Shown: positions 51,101 to 59,748 of the stretch, in pieces
How positions within the stretch are numbered: position 1 is the first letter of the stretch
Layout of the letters: every line of letters starts with the position of its first letter
Assembly (NCBI GenBank): GCA_016871175.1
Contig: VFZL01000001.1
Coordinates: 64,218 to 128,217, forward strand
DNA from: Acidimicrobiia bacterium
Lineage (GTDB): Bacteria; Acidobacteriota; Vicinamibacteria; Vicinamibacterales; CAVVIG01
Direction of reading: 5' to 3'
DNA: 64,000 bases
Position numbers and translations under genes: made by a program
Notes under the pieces: model-generated
What the model was told of the DNA's origin: nothing
The model's input: only the letters and a program-made list of their open reading frames with translations
Database searches by the model: none

Positions 51101-51326
51101 CCGACACGGCGCTGAGCTGCTGCTCGAGCGGTCGCGTGATGAGCTCTTCCGTCTCGAGTGGACCGACGCCCGCGTAGTTCACGCGGACGTTGACGGTCGG
51201 CTGCGTGATGTCCGGTAGCAGGTCGACCGGCAGCCGTGTCAGGGAGACGGTCCCGATCAGGATGACGATCGAGCCGATCATCGTCATCATCACGGGCCGC
51301 TGAATCGCAAATCGAGGGATACTCAT
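48156..51326 (-). CDS. RND efflux transporter permease (AcrB/HAE-type, 12 TM)
   Basis: 1056 aa. N-terminus MSIPRFAIQRPVMMTMI. Two large periplasmic loops and typical TM4-region motifs. Confidence 0.9.
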   Translation of the reverse strand: MSIPRFAIQRPVMMTMIGSIVILIGTVSLTRLPVDLLPDITQPTVNVRVNYAGVGPLETEELITRPLEQQLSAVSGLEQINSTSSEGNSNIQLNFTWGHDLNEAMDDIRTRIDRVKGRLPEDADPPVIMKFDSNAMPIMQVAVESTDGSLDRVKLRELAENVLSRRMERVPGVAAVNINGGLRRQIHVDLSRAKTHALDLSVDRIVNILRTENQNIPIGEVYQGDRALLLRSEGQFASLEQIENLVVMTKGGVPVYLRDIAEVSDSTEDFRSLLRINGQPGVRMMITKQSGTNTVQVAEGVRREVERANREVPGVRLMLVEDSAKFIERSIGAVTDHVLIGSGLVVLIIFIFLRNFRSTLIVATAIPISIVGTFALLYFSGLTLNTMTFGGLALGVGMVVDAAIVVLENSFRHMEEHGKDRLTASIEGSEEVWSAILASILTHIAVFVPLLFLEGISSIMFKQLSIVVVFSLLMSLFVAVTLVPVLCSKLLVLPPPPDQRRGLGGALYNLSERILNGMDEGYRRLIHVALNHRPTVVALAAASIVGAVVIFPKLNTELATQADEGQVRVDVELPLGTRLEVTDPVLQRIEASLNQLVPEAVDVIVNAGGGGGFGPTGSGRLNRGNIQILLTPKDERTRSSEQIARELRRQLSQIPGVIVRANASGGNYAMNRFFSGGGGGGGGMGGYGGGGRLSLEIRGESIDDSRKLARAAKDLMDGVSEVADARLGRDEGRPELAVRVDRSKAALFGLSGTAVAETIRTNVAGRQAAMYRQEGQEYPIIVRLKEDERQAPSDVEDVLIGVQSGQVVPAKNLMSLENSVGPTEIERKNQQRIAYVRAEPEVSLSQAVEAVQTQLPRLFPMMPQDFTIGFGSEVEEQARAFNQLRTVLLLALVLVYAVMASQYESLRDPFIIMFSVPTAALGVVLSLYLTDTSFNMQAYIGIIMLAGIVVSNGILLVDYTNVLRRRDGLPLREAVEVAGRTRLRPILMTSIATALGLVPMSLGIGEGSELQAPLARVVIGGLTTSLVITLVLVPVVYTLFEEGLFKKTGREAEAGQ

Positions 51327-51348
51327 CGCCTAGTCACTCCCTGCCGGG

Positions 51349-52851
51349 CTACCGTACGTCGCCGCGGCGCTCACCGCTCGTGCCACCGGCCCCGATGCCA
51401 TCCGAGGTCGTGGAGCCGCTTGCGTCGCCACGGCCCATGCCGCCGCCGCGTCCCGACCCGTCGCCGCCGCCCCAACCGCTGCGACCATCGCCACTGCCGC
51501 GCCCATCGAGCCGTCGTTCGGGCTCGCCGGCTCCGCCGGGTCCTCCCGCGCTCGGCGAGCGTCCCGGTGGTCCTTCGCCCGGTCCGGCAGGTCCGCCCCG
51601 ACCTCCGCGTCCGCCCGGCCCGCCGCGTCCCCCAGCGTTCTGTCCGGCGAGCACGATCTTGTCGCCCTCTCGGAGTGCGGCCGCACCGGTGGTGACAATG
51701 CGATCGCCTTCGGTCAGCCCGGATGTCACCTCGGCCAGATCGCCGTCGATCATTCCGAGCTCGACAGGCTTGAACTTGGCGACGTCTCCTTCGGTTGGAA
51801 GAAACACGCCGCGGTTCCCTTGGAAATCCACGACCGACTTGGTTGGGACGACCAACGTGTTGTCCCGTCGGTCGGTGGTGAAGTCGACCGTGGCGTACAT
51901 CCCCGGCTTGAGTCGGAACTGCGGGTTGGGGATGTCGATCTCGATGGGAGCCGTTCTTGTGGCGGGATCGAGCACCGGTGCGACGTGCGCAATACGCCCC
52001 GCAAAGGTCTCACCGGGAAACGCGTCGACTTCGACGTTCGCTGGCATGCGGGAGGAGATCTTGGCCAGGTCCCTCTCCACGATCGGCGCGACGAGGCGAA
52101 CGGTGCTGATATCGACGACAGACAAGAACGAGGAGTTGGGCGTTACCCACGCGCCGGGGTCCAGGATGCGGCGGCCGATGAAACCGCTCACCGGCGACAC
52201 GATCACAGAGTTCGCCAGATTGATCTTCAACTCATCGAGCCGCGCTTGCGCCTGGCTGAACTGCGCCCGAGCCAGATCGAGCTGGGCGGCCGCCGATTGG
52301 AAGCGCGCGTCGGTGTCGTCGAAGGTTTGACGAGGAATCAACTGACGCTCGTAGAGATTGCGCGACCGGTCCAGGTTGGTCTGCGCCAGGCGGAGGTCGG
52401 CTTCGCGCTGGCGGATGGTGGCTGCCGCCACTTCGTACGACGCTTCCGCTTGCTTGATCTGCTCGAGAAGCTCCTGATCTTCGATCTTCGCGAGCCGCTG
52501 TCCACGCCCGACGCGATCGCCGAGCCGGACCGCGACCGACTCGAGCCGTCCGCCCACCTTGGGCGTGGCCTCCACGGTCGCGGCAGCGACCAGGTTGCCG
52601 ACCACGGTGAGCTTCGCGGTCATGTTGGCGCGCTTCGCCTGGCCGACTTCAACGGTCATCGGCAGGCGAGGTCCGCCAAAGCCTCCGCGTCCGCCGCCTC
52701 CACCTGGTCCCCCGCCACCACGCCCGAAGGCGCCGGCGCCCGATGGGTTTTCGGTTCCCGCCGTGCCGCCGTCGGCGGCGCGCCCCGCGTACCAATACCC
52801 ACCGGCGCCTACTGCCGCAACGATCGCCACCACAATGATCGAACGTTTCAT
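51349..52851 (-). CDS. RND periplasmic adaptor (MFP) with Gly/Arg/Pro-rich N-proximal and C-terminal tracts
   Basis: ATG at 52851 follows GGAG (MKRSIIVVAIVAAVGAGGYWY). Adaptor core is GQRLAKIEDQELLEQIKQAEA..., VSGFIGRR. About 100 aa of low-complexity tail. Confidence 0.85.
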   Translation of the reverse strand: MKRSIIVVAIVAAVGAGGYWYAGRAADGGTAGTENPSGAGAFGRGGGGPGGGGGRGGFGGPRLPMTVEVGQAKRANMTAKLTVVGNLVAAATVEATPKVGGRLESVAVRLGDRVGRGQRLAKIEDQELLEQIKQAEASYEVAAATIRQREADLRLAQTNLDRSRNLYERQLIPRQTFDDTDARFQSAAAQLDLARAQFSQAQARLDELKINLANSVIVSPVSGFIGRRILDPGAWVTPNSSFLSVVDISTVRLVAPIVERDLAKISSRMPANVEVDAFPGETFAGRIAHVAPVLDPATRTAPIEIDIPNPQFRLKPGMYATVDFTTDRRDNTLVVPTKSVVDFQGNRGVFLPTEGDVAKFKPVELGMIDGDLAEVTSGLTEGDRIVTTGAAALREGDKIVLAGQNAGGRGGPGGRGGRGGPAGPGEGPPGRSPSAGGPGGAGEPERRLDGRGSGDGRSGWGGGDGSGRGGGMGRGDASGSTTSDGIGAGGTSGERRGDVR

Positions 52852-52889
52852 GATCTCCGGTTCCGCTCCGTGTTCCGTGTGCGCGCTGG

Positions 52890-54728
52890 TCAGCGTGCGA
52901 ACCCGCCACCACCGAAGCCTCCGCCACCTGCCGTATTGGCGATGGCCGCGCCGCCGGCCCCGGGGGTATTCGTGTTCAGGATGGTGATGTTCGCGTTCTG
53001 CAGCGTCGTCTGCTGCAGCCGCTCGAGCTCCACGAGCGACTTTCGGTACGCGAGCACCGCCTGCAATCCATTGTTCTGCGCCGTCGCGAGATCGCGTTGG
53101 GCCTGGACGACGAAGTAGTTGGTCGACATGCCGACCTCGAACTTGCTCTGTTCGGCCTCGAGCTGCCGCTGGGCGAACTCCCGCGCCGCCTGCGCCGCCT
53201 CCACGCGCTCCACGTTGTTCTGCACCTGGGTCCCCGCGTTGGTGACATCGGTCGCGATCTGGAGCTCGATCTGACGCATCTGTGCTTCGACTTGGCTCAA
53301 CTGCACGCGCGCCCGCGCCACTGCGGCGTCCTGCGCGCTCGTCCCAATGGGATAGGACACCGTCAGCGCGACGTTCCAAGTCGGAAACGAGTTTCTCAGC
53401 AGCGTGTTCAAGGCGTCACCGTAGCCGCCCGGGAGCGTTCCGGTGACGACGCGGTTGATGCCCTGGCCGCTGGAGAGGTACTGCATGCCGCCCTGGCCGA
53501 TGAGGCCGTATCGGGCGGTGAGGTCCGCTTGTGGCAGCGTCTGGTTGTGGAGGAACTTCAACGAGGCATCGTTCATCGCCAAGGTCTTGCGGGCCTGGGC
53601 CAAGTCGGTGCGGACGTCCAATGCCCGCCGAACCGCTCCTTCGATATCGATCGGCTGGGGCGCGAACTCCGGACGGTCCACGGGCTCGAGGCCCACGCTC
53701 CAGTTGGGATCCTGTGTGCCCGAGACGATCAGCCGTTTGAGCGTGAGCTCCGCGGTCCGACGTGCGCCCGTGGCCTGCGCCAGGTTCTGGCGCTGTGTCG
53801 CCGCTTGCGACTGCGCCTGCACGACATCAATCGGTGCCATGGTCCCGATCTCGACGCGGGTCTTATTGTCGGCGACCAGCTGCTCGGCGAGGGCGACCGA
53901 GCGCTGCGCGACCTCCACAGATTGGACGGCGAAGACGTAGTCCCAGTAGGCGTTGCGGACGTTCGAGATCGTGTTGATGATGGACGCCTGCAGCTGAATC
54001 TCCGATGTTTCTTGATTGAGTTTCGTGACGACCAACTGCTGGCGCGTGTTGTCGACCTTGAGGTTGCGGAGGAGCGGCTGTGTGAACTGCGCGGCCCAAT
54101 TCGGGTTGAAGACCGGGTTGAACAGTGCCGTCAGCGCGGTCGAGGTCTGCCGGTTGTTGTTCAGGTTCACCTGAAACGTGCCGCCCCCCCATGGCATGTT
54201 CTGGGCGATGCCTCCGTTCCATGACGTCGTGCTCGTCTCGATGCCCGTACCGGCCGCGGCGCCCGAGATGGTTTGAGTCGAGGGGGTTGTGATGGCCTGC
54301 TGCGACACGGTCGATGACAGCGTCGGTCGATACGTGGAGCGCAGTCCAGCCAGCGAGAAGTCGAACGTCTGCGGATTCAACCGCTGCACGGCGATATCGA
54401 GGTTTCGCTCCAGCGCCAGCTTGATGGCGTCGTCAAGCGTAAGGGACACCGTCGGCTGCGAGCCTCCGGACGCGGACGCGTGGTCGGTACCCGCCGTTGG
54501 GCCAGTGGACGCATCGACGCCGGCCCGCTGCGCGGCGGCACGAATGAGTTCCTGGATCCGCGCCTCGGTGACGAGCTGTGCTGACGCGGTGGACACCGCC
54601 AAGAGCGAGACGGCCATGCCGCCTGCCGCCTGCCGCGCCGCCGCGCGAAGGGATGCTCGCGAGGCGATGTGCCACGCCGTGCGCGAGACGCGGCAACGTG
54701 TCGTCCGAACCCTGCCAGTTGCTGCCAT
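52890..54728 (-). CDS. TolC-family outer-membrane efflux protein
   Basis: Two OEP repeats (LTLDDAIKLALERNLDIAV...; coiled-coil segments). Signal-like AVSLLAVSTASAQ. Confidence 0.85.
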   Translation of the reverse strand: MAATGRVRTTRCRVSRTAWHIASRASLRAAARQAAGGMAVSLLAVSTASAQLVTEARIQELIRAAAQRAGVDASTGPTAGTDHASASGGSQPTVSLTLDDAIKLALERNLDIAVQRLNPQTFDFSLAGLRSTYRPTLSSTVSQQAITTPSTQTISGAAAGTGIETSTTSWNGGIAQNMPWGGGTFQVNLNNNRQTSTALTALFNPVFNPNWAAQFTQPLLRNLKVDNTRQQLVVTKLNQETSEIQLQASIINTISNVRNAYWDYVFAVQSVEVAQRSVALAEQLVADNKTRVEIGTMAPIDVVQAQSQAATQRQNLAQATGARRTAELTLKRLIVSGTQDPNWSVGLEPVDRPEFAPQPIDIEGAVRRALDVRTDLAQARKTLAMNDASLKFLHNQTLPQADLTARYGLIGQGGMQYLSSGQGINRVVTGTLPGGYGDALNTLLRNSFPTWNVALTVSYPIGTSAQDAAVARARVQLSQVEAQMRQIELQIATDVTNAGTQVQNNVERVEAAQAAREFAQRQLEAEQSKFEVGMSTNYFVVQAQRDLATAQNNGLQAVLAYRKSLVELERLQQTTLQNANITILNTNTPGAGGAAIANTAGGGGFGGGGFAR

Positions 54729-54740
54729 GACCGAGTACCC

Positions 54741-55223
54741 CTATTTCGTTGGTGCGGTCGGTGCCGAAGGTGAACGGTCCGGACCGCGGCCGTGCCGATG
54801 GCGGTCGCGCGCCGCGTGCAGCTCGCTGAAGCGCGCGCGCTGTTCGGGTGTTAATACCTGGCGCATCCGCACCAACATCAGCGTGCGAACCTTGTTGAGG
54901 GCGCCCCGCGCCGCTTCGGTTTTGTCGACAAATCGCGCGACGGCTGCCTTATCCGCGTCGGCCTCGATCAAGTGGGAGAGCTTTGTCTCAAGCTTCTTCA
55001 GCTCATCTAGCCTGGCGCGCAATTCCGGCAGAGTCGCCTGGAAGACTGCTTCGACCTTGGCCACCTGATCGCTGGTGATGCCGAGGTCCTTCTGAAACTG
55101 GGTGGATTGCCACCAGGGCGTAGGGCGCTGCCCGTGCGCCGGCGTTGCCAACAGCGCGACCAACAGCCACAGCAGGGCGGGGGCCCACACTCGATTGACG
55201 CGATGCCGCCGCGCGACTCTCAT
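54741..55223 (-). CDS. Periplasmic Spy/CpxP-family (LTxxQ) protein
   Basis: Signal peptide ALLWLLVALLATPAHG. LGITSDQVAKVE and VLTPEQRARFSELH are LTxxQ-type repeats. Confidence 0.65.
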   Translation of the reverse strand: MRVARRHRVNRVWAPALLWLLVALLATPAHGQRPTPWWQSTQFQKDLGITSDQVAKVEAVFQATLPELRARLDELKKLETKLSHLIEADADKAAVARFVDKTEAARGALNKVRTLMLVRMRQVLTPEQRARFSELHAARDRHRHGRGPDRSPSAPTAPTK

Positions 55224-55334
55224 TGGGCAAACCTCTTGAAAGAAGGCGTCTTGAAGTGCATACGGTGCGGGGACCGATTCCGTTTATCGAGGTGCGGAGG
55301 AGAGGGTGAGGGCCGGGCCTAGGGCATGAACGGC

Positions 55335-56486
55335 CTAAGCCGGCGTGGCGGTGCAGCACGCCGTCAGCCGTGCGACGGCCTCGCCCATCAGGTTGTCCGG
55401 GGTCGAGGCGCCGGAAGTCAGGCCGATCGTGACCGGACCGGGCCCGGGGAGCCAGCCCCGCGTCACCACGTCCACTTTCGTTCCCACCGGGCGATGACGA
55501 ATCTCCGTCGGTGAGACGAGGCAAGCAGGGTCCGCGATGTGGTAGGTCGGACAACGGTCCGCACAGATACGAGCGAGGTTGCACGTGTTACTGCTGTTGT
55601 AGCCGCCAATCACGATCATCAGCTCGAGCGGCGCGCGGTCGAGAAGCGCGACGACTGCGTCCTGCCGGTCCTGGGTGGCGGTACAGATCGTGTCGAAGGC
55701 CTGAAAATGCTCAGCTAGCGCATCAGCGCCCCAGCGATCGAGCAGGGCGGCCTTGAACAGATCAGCCACCCGCAAGGACTCCGACATCAGCATCGTGGTC
55801 TGATTGGCGAGCCCCACCCGCTGCAAGTCGCGGTCGGGGTCAAAGCCAGGTGACGCAGCCTTGGCGAAGCGCGCGAGGAACGCGTCTCGGTTAGCGCCCC
55901 GTCTGATGTGCTCACAGGCAAGCGCCGCTTCCGCTTCGTCGAGAACGACCAGGAAGTGCCCCTTGCGCACCACCGCCTGCGACGCCGTGGCCTGCGTCTC
56001 TTCGTGCCAGACTTTGCCGTGAATCACCGACGTGAAGCCGCTCTCGGCGTACCGCCGCACGTTCTTCCAGACATTGAGCACCGAGCCGCACGTGGTGTCC
56101 ACCAGCGTACACCCGCGTTGATCGAGTCGGCGAAGGAGCTCCGTCGTGACGCCGAATGCCGGGAGGATCACCACGTCGCCGGGTCCCAACTGGTCCAGGC
56201 GCTCTGGGTCGTCGGTCAGGAGCCGGATGCCCATGCCGCGCAACCGATCGTTGACGTGCGGGTTGTGGATGATTTCGCCGGTGAGGTACACCTCGGCGTC
56301 TGGGAACCGTTTGCGAGTCTGATAGGCGTAGTCGACCGCCCGATCGACGCCGTAACAGAACCCGAACTCACGCGCGAGGTGGAGCGTCAGTCGACCGTGA
56401 CGGTACACGTAGTCGTCGGCTTTGATTCGATTGATGAGCTCGCTGTGATAGCTGTCGGCCAACAAGCCAGCCACTGCGGCCTTCAT
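55335..56486 (-). CDS. ispH: 4-hydroxy-3-methylbut-2-enyl diphosphate reductase
   Basis: ATG at 56486. FGFCYGVDRAV, ICTATQDRQ and SSNTCNL carry the three cluster Cys. Long-form length is 383 aa. Confidence 0.85.
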   Translation of the reverse strand: MKAAVAGLLADSYHSELINRIKADDYVYRHGRLTLHLAREFGFCYGVDRAVDYAYQTRKRFPDAEVYLTGEIIHNPHVNDRLRGMGIRLLTDDPERLDQLGPGDVVILPAFGVTTELLRRLDQRGCTLVDTTCGSVLNVWKNVRRYAESGFTSVIHGKVWHEETQATASQAVVRKGHFLVVLDEAEAALACEHIRRGANRDAFLARFAKAASPGFDPDRDLQRVGLANQTTMLMSESLRVADLFKAALLDRWGADALAEHFQAFDTICTATQDRQDAVVALLDRAPLELMIVIGGYNSSNTCNLARICADRCPTYHIADPACLVSPTEIRHRPVGTKVDVVTRGWLPGPGPVTIGLTSGASTPDNLMGEAVARLTACCTATPA

Positions 56487-56539
56487 GTCGAGCCCCTTGC
56501 GAAAGATGAGCGAGGACACCCCGGGAGTGGTCACACCCG

Positions 56540-57163
56540 TCAACGATCCGGCACCGTGAAACTGACTTCGCGGACCTGCGGTGTGAGCTCGTCGTAAGCG
56601 GCGAGTTCCTGGGTCCGGGGGCCGTCGGCCGCGAGCTCCAGCTCGGAGAGAAAGATCGCGTCCTGCTCGACGTCGGTGGAATCGTCTGGAGTAGGCGAGG
56701 GCGGCGCGAGCTGTGTGACGCCCACGTTCGCGAAGCTCGAGATCCTGGCGCGACGATCCCACCGGCCAGCGCGCTCGAAGAACATGCCGGCGGCCACGCC
56801 CGCGACCACTCCGGCGGCCGCTGTTGTAGCCACCCAGCGAGGGAATACCCAACGCGTCGAAGGCCTGCGCCGCGCGGTTGCCGCGTGCGGAAAGCTCAGG
56901 ACGCGCGCCGCCCGTCCGACCAGCTCCAGTCGCTTGGCGATCTGTCGCTGTTGTTCGCGCAGATGATCCGCGGAGAACACCGCCTCGAACTCGGCCTCCT
57001 CAGCCACACGGAGGCCGTCGAGGAAGCGGGAGAGATCGTCGTAGCGGCTGGCGCAGGTCGGGCAACTGGCTAAATGGTCGGCGGCTCGGTGGTCGAGAGC
57101 CTCGCCGAGCCGGTTCGAGAGATAGCAGTCGAACAGCCGGTCCTCTCGAAGGTGTGAGGTCAT
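56540..57163 (-). CDS. Anti-sigma factor (zf-HC2) with one TM segment
   Basis: ATG at 57163, 8 nt after the sigma gene stop. HLASCPTC (H-x3-C-x2-C). TM segment VATTAAAGVVAGVAAGMFF. Confidence 0.7.
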   Translation of the reverse strand: MTSHLREDRLFDCYLSNRLGEALDHRAADHLASCPTCASRYDDLSRFLDGLRVAEEAEFEAVFSADHLREQQRQIAKRLELVGRAARVLSFPHAATARRRPSTRWVFPRWVATTAAAGVVAGVAAGMFFERAGRWDRRARISSFANVGVTQLAPPSPTPDDSTDVEQDAIFLSELELAADGPRTQELAAYDELTPQVREVSFTVPDR

Positions 57164-57171
57164 GGCGCCGA

Positions 57172-57858
57172 TCACGAGCGTGCCCCCAGAAGCGCCCGAA
57201 GCTTTCGGACGGCCCGAAAGAGGTGTACCCGAACCGTCGACTCGTTGAGGCCCGTCATGGCGCTGACGTCGCGCGTGCTCCAGTCGCCACAATGACACAG
57301 CATGAAGACCGTGCGCTGGCGACCCTCCAGCCGATCGATGGCCGCTGCCAAGCGGGCCCGCCGCTCTCGCGAAAGCAGGCGTGCTTCCGGATTCTCGGGG
57401 ACGGAGCCGCCGAATGCTGGCAGCATGCCGGCCTCCTCGGTCGACTCGAACGGCGCGCTCCATCGTTGGCGTCGAGCCATGGCCTGCCGACGATCCAGGC
57501 AGCCGTTGATGAGGATTCGCGTGAGCCAGGCCTCGAAGGGCCAGGCCTCGCGGTACGTCGCAATCCGGCTAAACGCTTTGAGAAAAGCATCTTGGACCGC
57601 TTCGTCGGCCTCACCGGCGTCACCGAGGTAGCGGTAGGCGACCCGAAGTGCCCGCCGCTGATGAGCCGCGACGAGGAGGCTGAAGCGCTCCCTCGCGAGG
57701 TCGAGCCGGTCCTCCTGAACCAGTGTCCGGACGTCCACGGCCAGGTGGGAGGCGTCGCCCGACGGCAGCCCCACTGGGAGTTCACGTCGCGTCCGGGCTT
57801 CTGCTGGCGAAACCGACACGACGAGAGCGTTCTGACGCGCGGTGACGTGCTCACTCAT
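57172..57858 (-). CDS. ECF-type sigma-70 family RNA polymerase sigma factor
   Basis: Region 2 (ALRVAYRYLGDAGEADEAVQDAFLKAF) and region 4 HTH (WSTRDVSAMTGLNESTVRVHLFRAVRKL). Confidence 0.85.
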   Translation of the reverse strand: MSEHVTARQNALVVSVSPAEARTRRELPVGLPSGDASHLAVDVRTLVQEDRLDLARERFSLLVAAHQRRALRVAYRYLGDAGEADEAVQDAFLKAFSRIATYREAWPFEAWLTRILINGCLDRRQAMARRQRWSAPFESTEEAGMLPAFGGSVPENPEARLLSRERRARLAAAIDRLEGRQRTVFMLCHCGDWSTRDVSAMTGLNESTVRVHLFRAVRKLRALLGARS

Positions 57859-57910
57859 ACAGCATTACGGTCGGAGCGTCTCAGTGTTTACAGTCTACCG
57901 TATTCGCCGC

Positions 57911-57970
57911 TGGTCATTGGGTATTGGTCGTTGGTGGTTCCCCCGACCAATGCCCAACGACCAATGGTCA
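57911..57970. repeat. Inverted array of heptad-spaced (A/G)TTGG repeats in the divergent ECF-sigma/pckA intergenic region
   Basis: Left arm CATTGGG-TATTGGT-CGTTGGT, right arm CCAATGC-CCAACGA-CCAATGG. Perfect 12-bp inverted repeat ATTGGTCGTTGG (57923-34) / CCAACGACCAAT (57954-65). The loop contains GGTTCC (GGAACC on the minus strand). Confidence 0.5.
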
Positions 57971-58146
57971 CGTTGTGGTACGATTCCGCGGTCATCGCAT
58001 GTGACTTTTCCTCCACCGTTTAGCCGACAGAGGGCCGGCGGGACCCGCGGGCCTTGGCGCGACGGGGGAAGAGACGAAGCCAACTCGCCTGCCCGTCGTT
58101 GGGCCGCCGCGGACTAGATCACCGCGTTGACTCTGGAGGGCTGTTG

Positions 58147-59748
58147 ATGATTGGACCTGCTGAGTCTGACTCGCCGGTTGACGTGGAGGGCATCGCCGCG
58201 GCGCGCGTGTTTTGGAATCTCTCCGTACCAAGCCTCTATGAGGAGGCGGTCCGCCGGGGAGAGGGCGTCATCGCGGTCGACGGTCCGCTCGTGTGCCGCA
58301 CCGGGCAACACACGGGACGATCCCCGAACGACAAGTTCCTCGTGCGCGAGCCTTCGAGCGATCGGGAGATCGCCTGGGGCGTCGTAAACCGCCCGCTGGG
58401 TCCTCGGCACTTCGATCTCCTGTACCACGACGTGGTCGCGGCCCTGGCCGGACGCGAGCTCTTCGTCCAGCAGTGTCATGCGGGCGCCGACCCGCAGTAC
58501 CGGTTGCCCATTCGCGTGGTGACCGAGTATGCCTGGCATAGCCTTTTTGCCAGCAACCTCTTCATCGTCAACCACGGCGAGCGCTGGACATCCGGTGACA
58601 CGGACCACGCGTTCACGATCATCGACGCCCCAAGCTTCAAGGCGGACCCTGCGCGTCACGGGACGGCGTCCGAGGTCGTCATCGCCGTGAACTTCGCGCG
58701 TCGGCTGGTGCTCATCGCCGGCACGAGCTACGCCGGCGAGATCAAGAAGTCGGTGTTCAGCATCTTGAACTACCTCCTGCCGCTGAAGGGCGTGCTGTCG
58801 ATGCACTGTTCCGCGAACGTCGGCGCAGCCGGGGACGTGGCGTTGTTCTTCGGCCTGTCGGGCACGGGCAAGACGACGCTGTCGAGCGATGCCGAGCGGC
58901 GTCTGATCGGGGACGATGAGCACGGGTGGAGTGATCGGGGCGTGTTCAACTTCGAAGGTGGGTGCTACGCGAAGACGATTCGCTTGTCACTCGCGGCCGA
59001 GCCGCAGATATACGCGACGACGCGGCGATTCGGAACCGTCCTCGAGAACGTTGTGCTCGATGACCACACGCGTGTGCTGAACCTCGACGACGACCGGTTC
59101 ACCGAGAATACGCGCGCCGCCTACCCGATCTCCTTCATTGGCAACTCGGTGCCAGAAGGGCAGGGCGCGCATCCCGCCAACATCGTCATGTTGACGGCCG
59201 ATGCGTTCGGCGTGTTGCCACCGATTGCGCGCCTCGATCCGCCCGGAGCGATGTACCATTTCCTGTCCGGCTACACGGCCAAGGTGGCCGGCACGGAGAA
59301 GGGCGTGACCGAGCCGAAGGCCACGTTCAGCACCTGCTTCGGTGCGCCGTTCCTGCCACTGGCCGCCGGTCGGTACGCGACGCTGCTTGGTCAGAAGATC
59401 GCGCGGCATCGAGCCCGCGTCTGGTTGATCAACACGGGTTGGACGGGCGGCGGCTATGGTACCGGGTCCCGCATGAAGATTGCGTTTACGCGCGCCATGA
59501 TCCGCGCCGCCCTGTCCGGGGCCCTGGACACGGTGCAGTACGAGCGCGATCCTCGCTTCAACCTGGATATTCCCGTGGCGTGTCCGGATGTGCCAGTCGA
59601 GGTGCTCCAGCCGCGCCGGACTTGGAAGCACGGGGCGGATTACGACGCACAGGCCGCCAAGCTCGCTTCGATGTTCGTCGAGAACTTCGCGAAGTTCGAC
59701 GCCGACGTGTCCGCCGACGTGCGGGCCGCGGGCCCGACCCGTTCATGA
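58147..59748 (+). CDS. pckA: Phosphoenolpyruvate carboxykinase (ATP)
   Basis: ATG at 58147 follows [15 protein letters not shown]; kinase-1a motif [11 protein letters not shown]. 533 aa. Confidence 0.9.
   Translation: MIGPAESDSPVDVEGIAAARVFWNLSVPSLYEEAVRRGEGVIAVDGPLVCRTGQHTGRSPNDKFLVREPSSDREIAWGVVNRPLGPRHFDLLYHDVVAALAGRELFVQQCHAGADPQYRLPIRVVTEYAWHSLFASNLFIVNHGERWTSGDTDHAFTIIDAPSFKADPARHGTASEVVIAVNFARRLVLIAGTSYAGEIKKSVFSILNYLLPLKGVLSMHCSANVGAAGDVALFFGLSGTGKTTLSSDAERRLIGDDEHGWSDRGVFNFEGGCYAKTIRLSLAAEPQIYATTRRFGTVLENVVLDDHTRVLNLDDDRFTENTRAAYPISFIGNSVPEGQGAHPANIVMLTADAFGVLPPIARLDPPGAMYHFLSGYTAKVAGTEKGVTEPKATFSTCFGAPFLPLAAGRYATLLGQKIARHRARVWLINTGWTGGGYGTGSRMKIAFTRAMIRAALSGALDTVQYERDPRFNLDIPVACPDVPVEVLQPRRTWKHGADYDAQAAKLASMFVENFAKFDADVSADVRAAGPTRS

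Noticed and set aside
49246-51660. Repetitive GGC/CCG-rich DNA that could mimic a repeat array
   Set aside because: The tracts are in-frame Gly/Pro/Arg codon runs inside efflux genes. There is no repeat-spacer periodicity, and no CRISPR-like structure appears anywhere in the window.
48678-54224. Several 290-430-aa plus-strand ORFs (48678.., 49998.., 51820.., 53097..)
   Set aside because: All are antisense shadows of the RND, MFP and TolC genes. They are Arg/Asp/His-rich with no recognisable domains.
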